Below are positions 42,905-52,639 of a DNA stretch of 64,000 nucleotides, in pieces. The position numbers and the translations under genes were made by a program. The DNA lies in NCBI GenBank assembly GCA_965223425.1, contig OZ245003.1, forward strand, positions 1,920,001 through 1,984,000. The letters are read 5' to 3'. The stretch comes from Nitrosopumilus sp. GTDB lineage: Archaea; Thermoproteota; Nitrososphaeria; Nitrososphaerales; Nitrosopumilaceae. Under the pieces are notes generated by a model. That model made no database searches. It worked only from the letters and a program-made list of their open reading frames with translations, and had not been told where the DNA came from. The stretch's first letter is position 1; each line of letters starts with the position of its first letter.

Positions 42905-43885
42905 ATGTCATTTCCTGCCAGGCGCCTTCGCAGACTAAGAACCTCAGACAAAATGAGAGAGCTGATTCAACAGACCACGCTTTCTCCAAGGGATTTCATT
43001 TGTCCAGTATTTGTTCAAGAGGGTCTAAAGAGTAGAATCAAAATAGAATCAATGTCAGAGATGGAGAGGCTGCCGTTAGATGATGTTAATGACGAGGTAG
43101 GAACAATCAGTGATTTGGGAATTCCCGCAATCATGCTATTTGGAATTCCAGCTCAAAAAGATGACGCGGGTTCTTCTGCATTTGACGACAATGGGGTTGT
43201 TCAAAAAGCAATTTCCCAAATTAGGGAAAATTTTGGAGATAAGATGGTAGTAATGGCAGATGTCTGTCTATGCCAGTTTACATCAGCTGGACACTGTGGA
43301 ATCATTCAAGGGGATAAAATTGACAATGATGCCAGTATTGACACACTTTCAAAGATAGCAGTTAGCCAGGCAAAGGCAGGAGTTGACACGGTATCGCCAT
43401 CTGCAATGATGGACGGTCAAGTAGCTGCAATCAGAAAGGCACTTGATGACAAAGGATACACAGATACTTCAATAATGTCACACTCTGCCAAACACAGCTC
43501 AAGCTTTTATGCGCCATTTAGGAATGCTGCTGAATGTGCGCCAAGATTTGGAGACAGAAAAACCTACCAAGTTCCATATACAAATGCCAGAGAAGCAATG
43601 ATGGAAGTTGAGACGGACATTAATGAAGGAGTAGATATTGTGATGATAAAACCAGCATTGTCTTATTTGGATTTGATAGCAGAAACAAGAAGAAGGTTCA
43701 ACATTCCAGTTTCTGCATATAGCGTTTCTGGAGAATATGCATTGGTAAAAGCTGCAGCACAGCAAGGATACGTAGATGAAAAAGACATCACAGAGGAGAT
43801 TCTGTATTCAATTAAAAGAGCAGGGGCAGATATGATAGTCACATATTTTGCAAAATCAGCTGCAAAATTTCTTCAGGAATCATGA
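42905..43885 (+). CDS. hemB: porphobilinogen synthase
   Basis: DVCLC...GHCG, SAMMDG, MIKPA and VSGEY motifs. Confidence 0.96.
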   Translation: MSFPARRLRRLRTSDKMRELIQQTTLSPRDFICPVFVQEGLKSRIKIESMSEMERLPLDDVNDEVGTISDLGIPAIMLFGIPAQKDDAGSSAFDDNGVVQKAISQIRENFGDKMVVMADVCLCQFTSAGHCGIIQGDKIDNDASIDTLSKIAVSQAKAGVDTVSPSAMMDGQVAAIRKALDDKGYTDTSIMSHSAKHSSSFYAPFRNAAECAPRFGDRKTYQVPYTNAREAMMEVETDINEGVDIVMIKPALSYLDLIAETRRRFNIPVSAYSVSGEYALVKAAAQQGYVDEKDITEEILYSIKRAGADMIVTYFAKSAAKFLQES

Positions 43886-44196
43886 GAAACGACGAACGTT
43901 TTGAGATTGAAAGGGCATTTGATTTATTGCCACATGTTGTAGGCTCAAGTTGGGCAGTTATTTGGTTTAGAATGAAAGGAATCAAGAACCCCACCAGAGA
44001 AGAATACAGGGAGAAGACATTAGAGTATCTAAAGAAAATCGAACCAGTTTTTGATTCTTATCCAAAAGAAGGAGAAGAATTTGCAGCGATTCGCAAGTAC
44101 ATTGAATTTAGAAAAAATGAGGCATATGAAAAAATAAAATCAGGTGAAAACAAAGAAGTCGAAACCAGGTACGACAGATATGTCGATTATGGCTAA
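43882..44196 (+). CDS. hypothetical protein
   Basis: Overlaps the hemB stop (ATGA); host-like composition. Confidence 0.75.
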   Translation: MRNDERFEIERAFDLLPHVVGSSWAVIWFRMKGIKNPTREEYREKTLEYLKKIEPVFDSYPKEGEEFAAIRKYIEFRKNEAYEKIKSGENKEVETRYDRYVDYG

Positions 44197-44813
44197 AGTT
44201 CCTGTTTTAGTTGTGTTAGATACTCCTTTAGCATCTTGGTTCTCTTTTTTGCTTCTGCCTTTCCAGATTTTGTGTTCATCAACGATTCTAGTTTGAGTAG
44301 TTTTTGAAAAAAGTGATCAACTGTCCAAGTTTTATCATCTGGGTTTCTTTTTTTACAAAAAGGATCATCAATGTTGTAAAATGGTCGCTTGAGAGAGCCG
44401 CCTGTAGCAAAAACTCTTGCAATTCCTATTGCACCCAACGCATCCAGCCTGTCAGCATCCTGGAGGATTTTTCCTTCAATGGTGTTAGGGGTTTTGCTTC
44501 GTGAAAAGCTGTGATCGCGAACTGCATCTGAGATTATTGTGATCTCTTCTTCATCAAAACCATATTTTTTCAAGATTTGTTTTGATTTTTTTGCGCTCTT
44601 AACAGAAGATGTTTTTGAGCGTTTGTCAGACTTGGGATATGATACTAGGTCATGCAGTAACGCAGCACTGAGAACTAGTTTTTCATTTGCTTTTTCTTTT
44701 TTGCAGATTTTTTGCGCGTTACTATACACTCTCATAATATGTTCAAAATCGTGTGCAGAATCATTTTCCATTCTTTTTTTTACATCACTTTTAAGGGAAT
44801 CAAGGACTTTCAT
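44193..44813 (-). CDS. HD-domain metal-dependent phosphohydrolase
   Basis: AHDFEHIMRV, LLHD and QDADRLDALGAIG motifs. Confidence 0.92.
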   Translation of the reverse strand: MKVLDSLKSDVKKRMENDSAHDFEHIMRVYSNAQKICKKEKANEKLVLSAALLHDLVSYPKSDKRSKTSSVKSAKKSKQILKKYGFDEEEITIISDAVRDHSFSRSKTPNTIEGKILQDADRLDALGAIGIARVFATGGSLKRPFYNIDDPFCKKRNPDDKTWTVDHFFQKLLKLESLMNTKSGKAEAKKRTKMLKEYLTQLKQEL

Positions 44814-45434
44814 TTAGAATCTCCATATTTTTGGCTTGACAAATTTTATTTTCTTCTGAGTAATTAAAACCGTCCAATTGATTGACGCAAAAAGAATAAT
44901 CACGCCGATTCCTGCACCATCAATTAGCAAAATTCCCATAAGGCGATCTTCAAATATTTCCAGAAATGGAGTCAGAACAGCATTTCCAAAGTATATCATA
45001 ATGACATAAGAGATGACTCTACCAAGCCAAAATCCAACATAGATCCCCATGCTCTTTGCCCGCATCAGCCCATAGGTGATAAACAAGAAATTGCTTGGAA
45101 GGGGCGTTGCTCCAAAGAGGAATGAGGCTATGACATAGCCGTGTTTTTTGTGATTTAGATAATCTCCAATAATGTCAAGGTTAGATTTCTGCTCCTGCCC
45201 AGCAAATCTCCTAAATAAACCACTAATCATTTTTAGGAAAAATCTGCCTATTGTTGCCCCGGTTGCGCCCACCATGGCAAGAATGACAACATTCAAGCTA
45301 GGATCAAGAAGATAAAATGATGTCAAGACAATCCAGCTAGGTGGCATCAAAATTGGGGCAGCATTTACACCAATCAGAACTAGAAAGATTCCAAGATACG
45401 AGTACTCTCCAAAAATTTCAAAGATATCCACCAT
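44814..45434 (-). CDS. membrane protein (DedA/VTT-like)
   Basis: Multiple hydrophobic helices; GAT.G and TPLPS motifs. Confidence 0.75.
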   Translation of the reverse strand: MVDIFEIFGEYSYLGIFLVLIGVNAAPILMPPSWIVLTSFYLLDPSLNVVILAMVGATGATIGRFFLKMISGLFRRFAGQEQKSNLDIIGDYLNHKKHGYVIASFLFGATPLPSNFLFITYGLMRAKSMGIYVGFWLGRVISYVIMIYFGNAVLTPFLEIFEDRLMGILLIDGAGIGVIILFASINWTVLITQKKIKFVKPKIWRF

Positions 45435-45620
45435 ATTTCTAAGGTTATGTCATGTTTTTTGTTTCTAAACCCTTGGATTTAGCTTTTAGTCAGAAGAAAA
45501 TTTCATTATGATCCAATAAATTAAAAAAATTACATGTTTTTCAAAACAATGATCATGTATTGCAACTAATAGAATCAATTATGCAATATATTTATAAGCA
45601 GTTTACGCTCATATTTAACC

Positions 45621-45743
45621 ATGTCCGAGATGGTTTGGAAGTGTTTTAGATGCAATCTGTCTTTCAAGGACGAGGATTTGGCTGAAATACACAAACAAAT
45701 TTCAGAACATTCTGTTACCAAAGTAAAGACACTAGCTGCATAA
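45621..45743 (+). CDS. small zinc-finger protein (40 aa), below the ORF-track cutoff
   Basis: MSEMVWKCFRCNLSFKDEDLAEIHKQISEH (C2H2-like), preceded by TTTATAA and followed by a T-run. Confidence 0.7.
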   Translation: MSEMVWKCFRCNLSFKDEDLAEIHKQISEHSVTKVKTLAA

Positions 45744-45781
45744 TTTTTAAAAATTTTCTAAATATCATGAATAAAATTTAG

Positions 45782-45882
45782 TGCAGAGGGTGGGATTTGA
45801 ACCCACGAACTCCTGAGAGAAGGGATTTCCTATTTTGAGGATCTTGAGTCCCTCTCGGTTGACCGGGCTTCGATACCTCTGC
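45782..45882 (-). tRNA. tRNA-Leu(CAA) with a 16-nt canonical 37/38 intron (45827-45842)
   Basis: Acceptor GCAGAGG/CCTCTGC-A, anticodon arm AGGGA-CTCAAG[intron]A-TCCCT, variable arm, GTTCAAATC T-loop. Confidence 0.93.
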
Positions 45883-46024
45883 AATGAGGTTGGATAATGA
45901 CTGATATTTTTCGATTGCTATTATGGGAATTGGATACTCTAGCGGGATTAATTTTAGATCTTCTTTCTGTTTACTTTCGGGGGATACATTCATTCTTAAA
46001 AAAAATTGTTTGAAATTTATACAC

Positions 46025-47470
46025 TAGACATTATGCATAATTGACCAGTCAAATTTTTTTTCTACAGCGCAAGCCATCAAGATACAAAGACAGGTCCAAA
46101 AAATGACCCGTCTGGCACAAAACATACGATCACTCAACAGATCCGGGAGAATTCAAGCGCACATGTGCGCACCATTCCATGCATCATGCACCCTGTATCA
46201 CATATCAACAGTCAAGTGACGGCCGCTTTTTCTTTGCATCCCACAGCAAACCAAAGTTTGCAAGGCCGGTACACACAGCCAGCTCCTCGCGAAACTCCTC
46301 TACCGTGCCGTCGTACGGGTCTGTCATCCTCGCCCGCTGCTTTATTCTTCCGATGGCGTGCCCCGCCTTTACCCTCTTGGCGCTGATCCTTTTGTTCGAG
46401 TCCTTTTGCTGCTGCGTCAGCTCCGCTCGTGGCCTCTTTTTTTCCGGCATCTCAAGTGCTATTCCCTCGTAGTGATTGGCATCCCTGGTACCCCTTGTCT
46501 GCAAGCACCGTATCCTGTCCTTTTCCGGAGTGTCTTTTTTGTACATGGATTTAGACCACCTGCCAGTCTGTCGGATCCTCTCTTATCATGGCAAGATCGT
46601 GCGTCCCGCCCTCAAAGGACCTGCCTGCTGCAAGCATCGGGCCTGCCCTGTTTGTTGTTATGGTGGTGTTAATCGTAAAGCGCTTCTTTTTGCCAGAGTA
46701 CGTGTTTTTTCTTTTATCCCTGTCCTGCGGACGCTGCCTTGGCACCACCTCGGTGCCGTCAATTATGATGGTTCTGTCCGGCATTAGCTGCTCTAGCTGC
46801 CCTGATGTCTCGGCCTTTTTTACCAGACGGGTCATCCTGTCTGCAGTAGGCAGGATCCCTGCCAGCACGGAACCTGCGAACCGGAGGTACCTGCACACTG
46901 TGGACTGATCCGCATCAAACAGCGCCCCAGGGCGTCCTGCGTCACGTTTGAGCGCCTGCGGAACAGCGCAAGCAACAGGACGGATCTGCGGCCAGGCAGG
47001 CAGCGGTTTCCGGGATCCGGTGTTTCGTCCTCTGAAAAGAGCGGCGCGTCTTTGTTGTGCCTCTTTGACTCTGCCACAAAGTCGTTGCAGATGTAGTCAA
47101 ACTGGTCAAGGTCATACGGTAATCCCTGCAAGCTTTGCGCTGTTGTGCAGTATGCCGTGGATCACCTCCCTGCTGTGCAGCAGCGACGTGTCCGTATCAG
47201 AGCGGCCTGCATCTGTAACGGCCCACAGGCTGTCCTCGCGCAGCAGCTGCTGCTCGCGCAGCAGGCCAATCGTCTTCTCGCGCTTGCTGATTGCTCTGTT
47301 GTTCTGCTTGATTGCTGTGTCCTTTTGCCTGATTGCTGTGTCCTTTTGCTTGAGCTCTTTTTGCAGCCTGCGTATAGTCTGTTCTGAAGATTCCATTACC
47401 TGTTGCGGCGATCAAAATGGATCTAAATCTTTCGGAAAAATTTTTATGATTCAATTATGCATAAAGTCTA
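46025..47470 (-). mobile_element. IS5-superfamily (ISL2-like) element, full length, frameshifted transposase
   Basis: 20-bp TIRs TAGACWTTATGCATAATTGA at 46025-46044 and 47451-47470; homologous to 1-1431. Confidence 0.9.
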
Positions 47471-47551
47471 ATTTAATCAGATGCTTGCGTTTTTCATGTT
47501 TGTTCTCATTTAGAATATTTGTAAAGATTGGGTCTGTTGCTGTAATACCAT

Positions 47552-49306
47552 TCATGTGTTGGAATGAACCTCATATTTTAGATATATTGGTTTTTCCTTT
47601 ACGTCCAAAATATCTAATATTTTTTTGAATTCATCAAAATCCTTGATATCGTCTCTTCCTTCCTTGATAGCTTGATCTACAAAGGATTCTAGTGATTGCA
47701 TGCTATACATTACCGTATACATGATAAATAATTTTCTATTCAAGGTCAAAGATGTCTTTTCATGCATATAGTCTTGAACTATTCGTCTGCTCTGATTCCT
47801 GCTATCTGTCTTACAATTATCTTGCTCGAACTGCAAAATACGTTTTTCATGCATGATGATGCGATGATATAGTTCGCCAAAATCCTTAGAGGGTAGTAAA
47901 TCTTGGACGGATCTACCATGTTGTTTTTTATTGTATCTTGATAAGATATTGATTCTCTCTGATGCCTTTGAAAACTCGTATGTAAGTGATTCTGGATATA
48001 GCAATGCTTGTTTTTCATACGAATCCTTGGGACTGTGACCAAGAACATGATCTGCAACGTCAGGCCTGCATCCAGAATCAATCAGTGTGGATTTTAACAG
48101 ATCCCGCATTTCATGTGGAGTGCACCGATTCATTGTATGATCACCACGTAGTAATTCTACTCTTGCAACCAGCTTGTGAAATCTTCTTGATAGCCAGTTT
48201 ACTGTAATCGGTTTTTTGGCTCTGTTTACAAATAATGCCTCACCAACTTTTGGTTTTGCATGGCGGACATGCAGGTATTCTACTAGAGCAACAACTGCAT
48301 CTGTGTCAAGAAATCCCATATGCAAAAAATCTGTCTTTGTTCTTCTCAACTGTATTGGTACTGAAGTATTTTTGACATCCCATAATTCTGGTTTATCTGA
48401 TTGAAAGTGCTCTACAAGCTGTTCCCATACCTCAAAATTGAATCTGTCTGCAAACGTTGAGCTGTCAAGTCCCCTCTGGAATTTGCATAAAAATACCGCT
48501 TTCTCTATTGGCTGTATGTTTCTAATGGTGAGAATTTTTTGTAGAGTTTCAATGGATAGGGGAGCAGTTGGTATGTTTTTTGTTAATCTAATTCGAGATT
48601 TAAAATAAAATATAATCTCTGATTCGTTTTCCCGAAAAAATGATCTTATTGCATACATGGAATTTTTTACCAGATGTGGTTTCTCATCAAAGGCAATTTT
48701 ACCCAAATACTCCTTTATCTGCCGGGCACACTGACTCGGTACTATTTCGTCATGTACGGATCCCAGGCTTGCAGACTCCATCTGTTCTACGGCCTTTATG
48801 GCATACATCTCAGAGGCATCGATTTTCACATCGTATCTGTCAAGCAGGCTGTGGACGCGGTTTATCACGCGTGTCCTGTCCTGTACGGTCCTGATCCTCT
48901 GTCTGACCATGGCCCGGACTCCTCTTGTGTCAGCTGACGGCACATAACACTCTGGTATTGAATCCATCCTCAATACGTTTGCTATCTTTTGTGCGTCAAT
49001 CTTGTCTGTCTTCTTTCCCGTCTTTGCAATTATTGCCATCTTGTAGGTGTTGGCAAGCTTTATGTCGATTCCATGTCTCTCAAAGGCGCCGTATGTGATG
49101 TTCCACATGTTGCCCGTCGTCTCGCATGCTGCCTGACATCTTCTGGCAGAATACCTGAGTGCCGTCTGTTCTGCGAATCTGTCTGCATCTGAGACGGTGT
49201 TTTGATACTGGCCAGTATGCAAAACCTTTCCCTTCCCGTCCATGACGCATACGTCACATTTTCTCTTTCCAATGTCTATTCCTATGCTGATTGTTCCTTT
49301 GCTCAT
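47552..49306 (-). CDS. chimeric ORF: IS110 DEDD (RuvC-like) domain and coiled coil fused to a tyrosine-recombinase catalytic domain (~584 aa)
   Basis: SD GGAGGTGA before MSKG. IS110 motifs GIDIG, ACETTG and KTDKIDA. After ~48715, integrase motifs FQRGLD, R.KT, HEMR, LGH and downstream Y. Single open frame. Confidence 0.85.
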   Translation of the reverse strand: MSKGTISIGIDIGKRKCDVCVMDGKGKVLHTGQYQNTVSDADRFAEQTALRYSARRCQAACETTGNMWNITYGAFERHGIDIKLANTYKMAIIAKTGKKTDKIDAQKIANVLRMDSIPECYVPSADTRGVRAMVRQRIRTVQDRTRVINRVHSLLDRYDVKIDASEMYAIKAVEQMESASLGSVHDEIVPSQCARQIKEYLGKIAFDEKPHLVKNSMYAIRSFFRENESEIIFYFKSRIRLTKNIPTAPLSIETLQKILTIRNIQPIEKAVFLCKFQRGLDSSTFADRFNFEVWEQLVEHFQSDKPELWDVKNTSVPIQLRRTKTDFLHMGFLDTDAVVALVEYLHVRHAKPKVGEALFVNRAKKPITVNWLSRRFHKLVARVELLRGDHTMNRCTPHEMRDLLKSTLIDSGCRPDVADHVLGHSPKDSYEKQALLYPESLTYEFSKASERINILSRYNKKQHGRSVQDLLPSKDFGELYHRIIMHEKRILQFEQDNCKTDSRNQSRRIVQDYMHEKTSLTLNRKLFIMYTVMYSMQSLESFVDQAIKEGRDDIKDFDEFKKILDILDVKEKPIYLKYEVHSNT

Positions 49307-49488
49307 CCTTCTATCACCTCCTTTCGGATCTTTGACGGATCGGAAGCTGCATACACCTATCAGGGCGCAAGGCCCAGTCACACAGCAGCTCGGATTGCCC
49401 CATTCAAGATCAAGGGCGCATGGCCCATACGTACACAGGGGTCGATTCATCACTACAACTACGACGAGGTGGTTATCATGTGTTCAAG
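49307..49488 (-). ncRNA. candidate IS110 bridge-RNA-like leader
   Basis: Two consecutive stem-loops (49398-49441 and 49345-49390), each capped by a GGGC-N5-GCCC hairpin with a large internal loop, immediately upstream of the IS110 ORF. Confidence 0.6.
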
Positions 49489-50961
49489 CTAAGGAACATT
49501 CATGATTCCTTCTTTGATCAGAAACTGTATTCCTCGAATGAAAGAGTCATCGTCTATTTGTCCTGCTGCCCACCACTCTGCATTGTTTTTAATCCAAGAT
49601 GGGATTTCATTTGAACCAGAACCAGTATTGGATGTTGGCGGAATCTTTATGATTCCTTCTTTGATCAGAAACTGTATTCCTCGAATGAAAGAGTCATCGT
49701 CTATTTGTCCTGCTGCCCACCACTCTGCATTGTTTTTAATCCATGGCGGTATTTCAGAATAGGACACATCATTATCACTTGATTCTTCAAGAAGCGGATT
49801 CTCTGCAATCTCAACTTCCACTATCACATATCCGCCCAATTCAGAATTTGGTACTTCATATTCGTATCCTGTGCCGTGAACAAATATTGCATAACGGACA
49901 GTGCCTGCCTTTTCTTCTATTGGAAGAAGAATGTGGGCCTGGCCAAACCCGTTAAACAGATCTGCACGTCCAATGTCTTTGGCATACGAGCGAATTCTGT
50001 TGTTATCCTCATCTACTACCCAGATGTCATAATGAACCTGATCAACAAATTCCACTTCATTGTACTTGTTCATGAAATTTATTTTCCAGTCAATGTTGCA
50101 GCCCTCAATAGGTACCTCCGGAGAATAGTTGTACTGTACCAGCATGGAAAATGTGTTTGTGGATGCACGGCCACTCACATAATCATGAAATACGGTTGGA
50201 CATCCCAGCAGCTGTTCTTTTTTGACTGTTGATTCAACATCTCTGAAAGGATCATCTGTAACGTTTTCTTCATAATCTAACAAAGTGTACTGATGCATTA
50301 TTGGGGCAATGCCTGTTGTGACCCATGCAAAAGTAAGTGCCTTGAGGGGGAAAGGAAAATCATCCAGTATCCAAATCTCATTATTGTTTCCGCTGTACCA
50401 CCCAACTACAACGGCATCAGCAGTTCCTGCAGGAGTGTTTATCGTCTCCACTCGTTTTGGAATTAGCTGGGCGCCTCCAATGGCTGCAATCTTTCCCCAT
50501 GCGGCATCCCGGAATTCCTTTGGCCCGTGAACTCTATCATCTTCATTTGCAGTGGCAAAAGCAGACAGCCAGCTCAATGAGGACTTGAATCCAATTGCAT
50601 AGTCAAAAAGATCATCATCAAACAAAAAGGGGTTGGGGGCAACCTTGCCAAGCCCCATCGAGCCTTTGATGATCTTATTGCCGTCAATGACTACAACCTT
50701 TGCATCCCACAATGACTCACTTTCATTTTGTATCTCTCCTTTGATCCACATCTTCAGTTTGATTGGTGCACAGTCATTGAGATCTATTTCACACAAAGAA
50801 TACTCAAAGTAATCTCCAATTTTTAGTCCCTCGCCTGAATACCAAGAGCCGTCAACATCAACGCCGCCTGATGTTTGAACGCCCTGGCCAAAAGAGAGGT
50901 TTGAAAATGCAGGAATCGCACCTAAAATTAAAACTGACGCAACAATCAATACTAGTCTCAA
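49489..50961 (-). CDS. secreted protein with two thaumarchaeal C-terminal IPxWIKNNA.WW domains
   Basis: Signal peptide; duplicated IP.WIKNNAEWWAAGQIDDDSFIRGIQFLIKEGI. Confidence 0.85.
   Translation of the reverse strand: MRLVLIVASVLILGAIPAFSNLSFGQGVQTSGGVDVDGSWYSGEGLKIGDYFEYSLCEIDLNDCAPIKLKMWIKGEIQNESESLWDAKVVVIDGNKIIKGSMGLGKVAPNPFLFDDDLFDYAIGFKSSLSWLSAFATANEDDRVHGPKEFRDAAWGKIAAIGGAQLIPKRVETINTPAGTADAVVVGWYSGNNNEIWILDDFPFPLKALTFAWVTTGIAPIMHQYTLLDYEENVTDDPFRDVESTVKKEQLLGCPTVFHDYVSGRASTNTFSMLVQYNYSPEVPIEGCNIDWKINFMNKYNEVEFVDQVHYDIWVVDEDNNRIRSYAKDIGRADLFNGFGQAHILLPIEEKAGTVRYAIFVHGTGYEYEVPNSELGGYVIVEVEIAENPLLEESSDNDVSYSEIPPWIKNNAEWWAAGQIDDDSFIRGIQFLIKEGIIKIPPTSNTGSGSNEIPSWIKNNAEWWAAGQIDDDSFIRGIQFLIKEGIMNVP
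49502..49743. repeat. 95-bp perfect direct repeat (49502-49596 and 49649-49743)
   Basis: Identical nucleotide copies encoding the duplicated C-terminal domain. Confidence 0.9.
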
Positions 50962-51177
50962 TATGAGATCAATTCAAATGCGTGCCTCATAAGTTATTCT
51001 ATGTTTTCTCACATATGACAATATTATGAATAGCAAAACCACAGTTTGAGCAGGCGGTTCTTAGAATCTAAAAGTATCAACATGGCAATCTTGAAACAAA
51101 ACACCGGTTGCTGGATTTTCTTGATACCAGACACACACACACATCATGCTTAATAATTATCAGCACGTATCTATGTA

Positions 51178-52251
51178 ATGAATGTTTTATTTCTTGGATT
51201 GCTGTTGATGATCTTGTTTTTGAGTACTGGAATGTATTCTGCTGATGCCGTAAAGGCCAAGGGAACCTATCTGCCTGAAATTAATTCTGACAAGGTCTGC
51301 GGTGACAGGCTGTGCTCTGAGATTAGCCAAGAGACAAAAGAGGCCAAATCCCAGATGTCAGAACAGGAAGATCCGGCAGTTGAGGACAAAGGGGAGGAAT
51401 CTGTCATGGATGATTCCCCGTACACCATAACAAATGTTGTGGGAAACATACATGTCCTCACAGACGGAAGATACAACTCGATGTTCATTCCAACTGGCGA
51501 GGGCGTGATAGTGTTTGATGCGCCCAACAATTTTGGTGAGAACCTCGTAGAGTTAATCCAGGGGACTACAGGCAAGTCAGTAACACATCTGGTGTATAGC
51601 CACGCACACAAAGATCATATAGGTGCGGCGCACGTGTTTGGAGATGGCGTGACAATCATTGCACACGAGGAGACCAAGGCATGGCTTGAGCGCTCTAATG
51701 ATTCACAGCGTCCAATACCTGACATAGCATTCTCAGACCAGTACACGCTTGAGCTTGGGGATACTATAGTAGAGCTGTCATACAAGGGGCCGGCACATGT
51801 AAGGGGAAACATCTTCTCATACATTCCAGAATACAAGACGCTGTTTCTAGTTGATCATGTGCAGCCTGGCTGGGTTCCATTTTATGCCCTTGGAATATCC
51901 GAAGACATAGGTGCATACATGGATGCATACGAATGGATTTTAGAGTATGACTTTGAATATTTTGTTCCAGGACACGGCATGGTAGGTGACAGGGACGATG
52001 TATTATTACACCAAAAATACGTCATGGATTTACGTGACAGTGCCCTTGATGCAATCCAAACAGTTGACTATGCAGAGGCCACTGCCAACGTGGATCCACA
52101 TGGATACAATGTCTTTGATGCGTATCTTACTACCTTGGCAGACAGATGCGCCAAGCTCAGCGACGATACATGGCGAGATGTGCTAATCGGCACGGATACG
52201 TGGACTGAGAGCAGCTGCAAGAGGATGATCCTGAGCATTTTTGTCGATTGA
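51178..52251 (+). CDS. secreted MBL-fold metallo-hydrolase
   Basis: Signal peptide, KVCGDRLCSE motif, SHAHKDH and PGHG motifs. Confidence 0.9.
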   Translation: MNVLFLGLLLMILFLSTGMYSADAVKAKGTYLPEINSDKVCGDRLCSEISQETKEAKSQMSEQEDPAVEDKGEESVMDDSPYTITNVVGNIHVLTDGRYNSMFIPTGEGVIVFDAPNNFGENLVELIQGTTGKSVTHLVYSHAHKDHIGAAHVFGDGVTIIAHEETKAWLERSNDSQRPIPDIAFSDQYTLELGDTIVELSYKGPAHVRGNIFSYIPEYKTLFLVDHVQPGWVPFYALGISEDIGAYMDAYEWILEYDFEYFVPGHGMVGDRDDVLLHQKYVMDLRDSALDAIQTVDYAEATANVDPHGYNVFDAYLTTLADRCAKLSDDTWRDVLIGTDTWTESSCKRMILSIFVD

Positions 52252-52639
52252 TAAACTGGGACAGATGAGCAGATGCATGCAACCTTTGCAGGTATGAAAT
52301 ATGCAAAAGAGCCACATATACACACACACAGTAGCTGCTGTCTCAGGTCAGACGTGCCGCAGTTAATCAAAAAGGGTTGTGGGTAACGCTTCCCTAGCTC
52401 ATGATGGGACATTGCATAACAGGCATGGCACGGGTCAATGTTCTGGCGATCTGGGTTTTGGAAAAAGATAGCCTTACTTTTAGTGCGAGAATCTGAACAA
52501 GCATACATTGAATTAAGACATGCAAAAATTCGCAGACAGTGCAACTTTCCACACATCATATTTGCAACTCAGCTGAGTTAGGTGCAAGTTCCACAGTGAA
52601 CATCTTTTAGGCAGATCAGATGAATTCGTGCCATAAATT

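Noticed and set aside
45778-45993. 71-aa ORF
   Set aside because: Overlaps the tRNA-Leu gene.
49307-49453. N-terminal 49-aa extension of the 633-aa ORF
   Set aside because: The SD and IS110 homology point to a start at 49306; the extension translates the structured leader.
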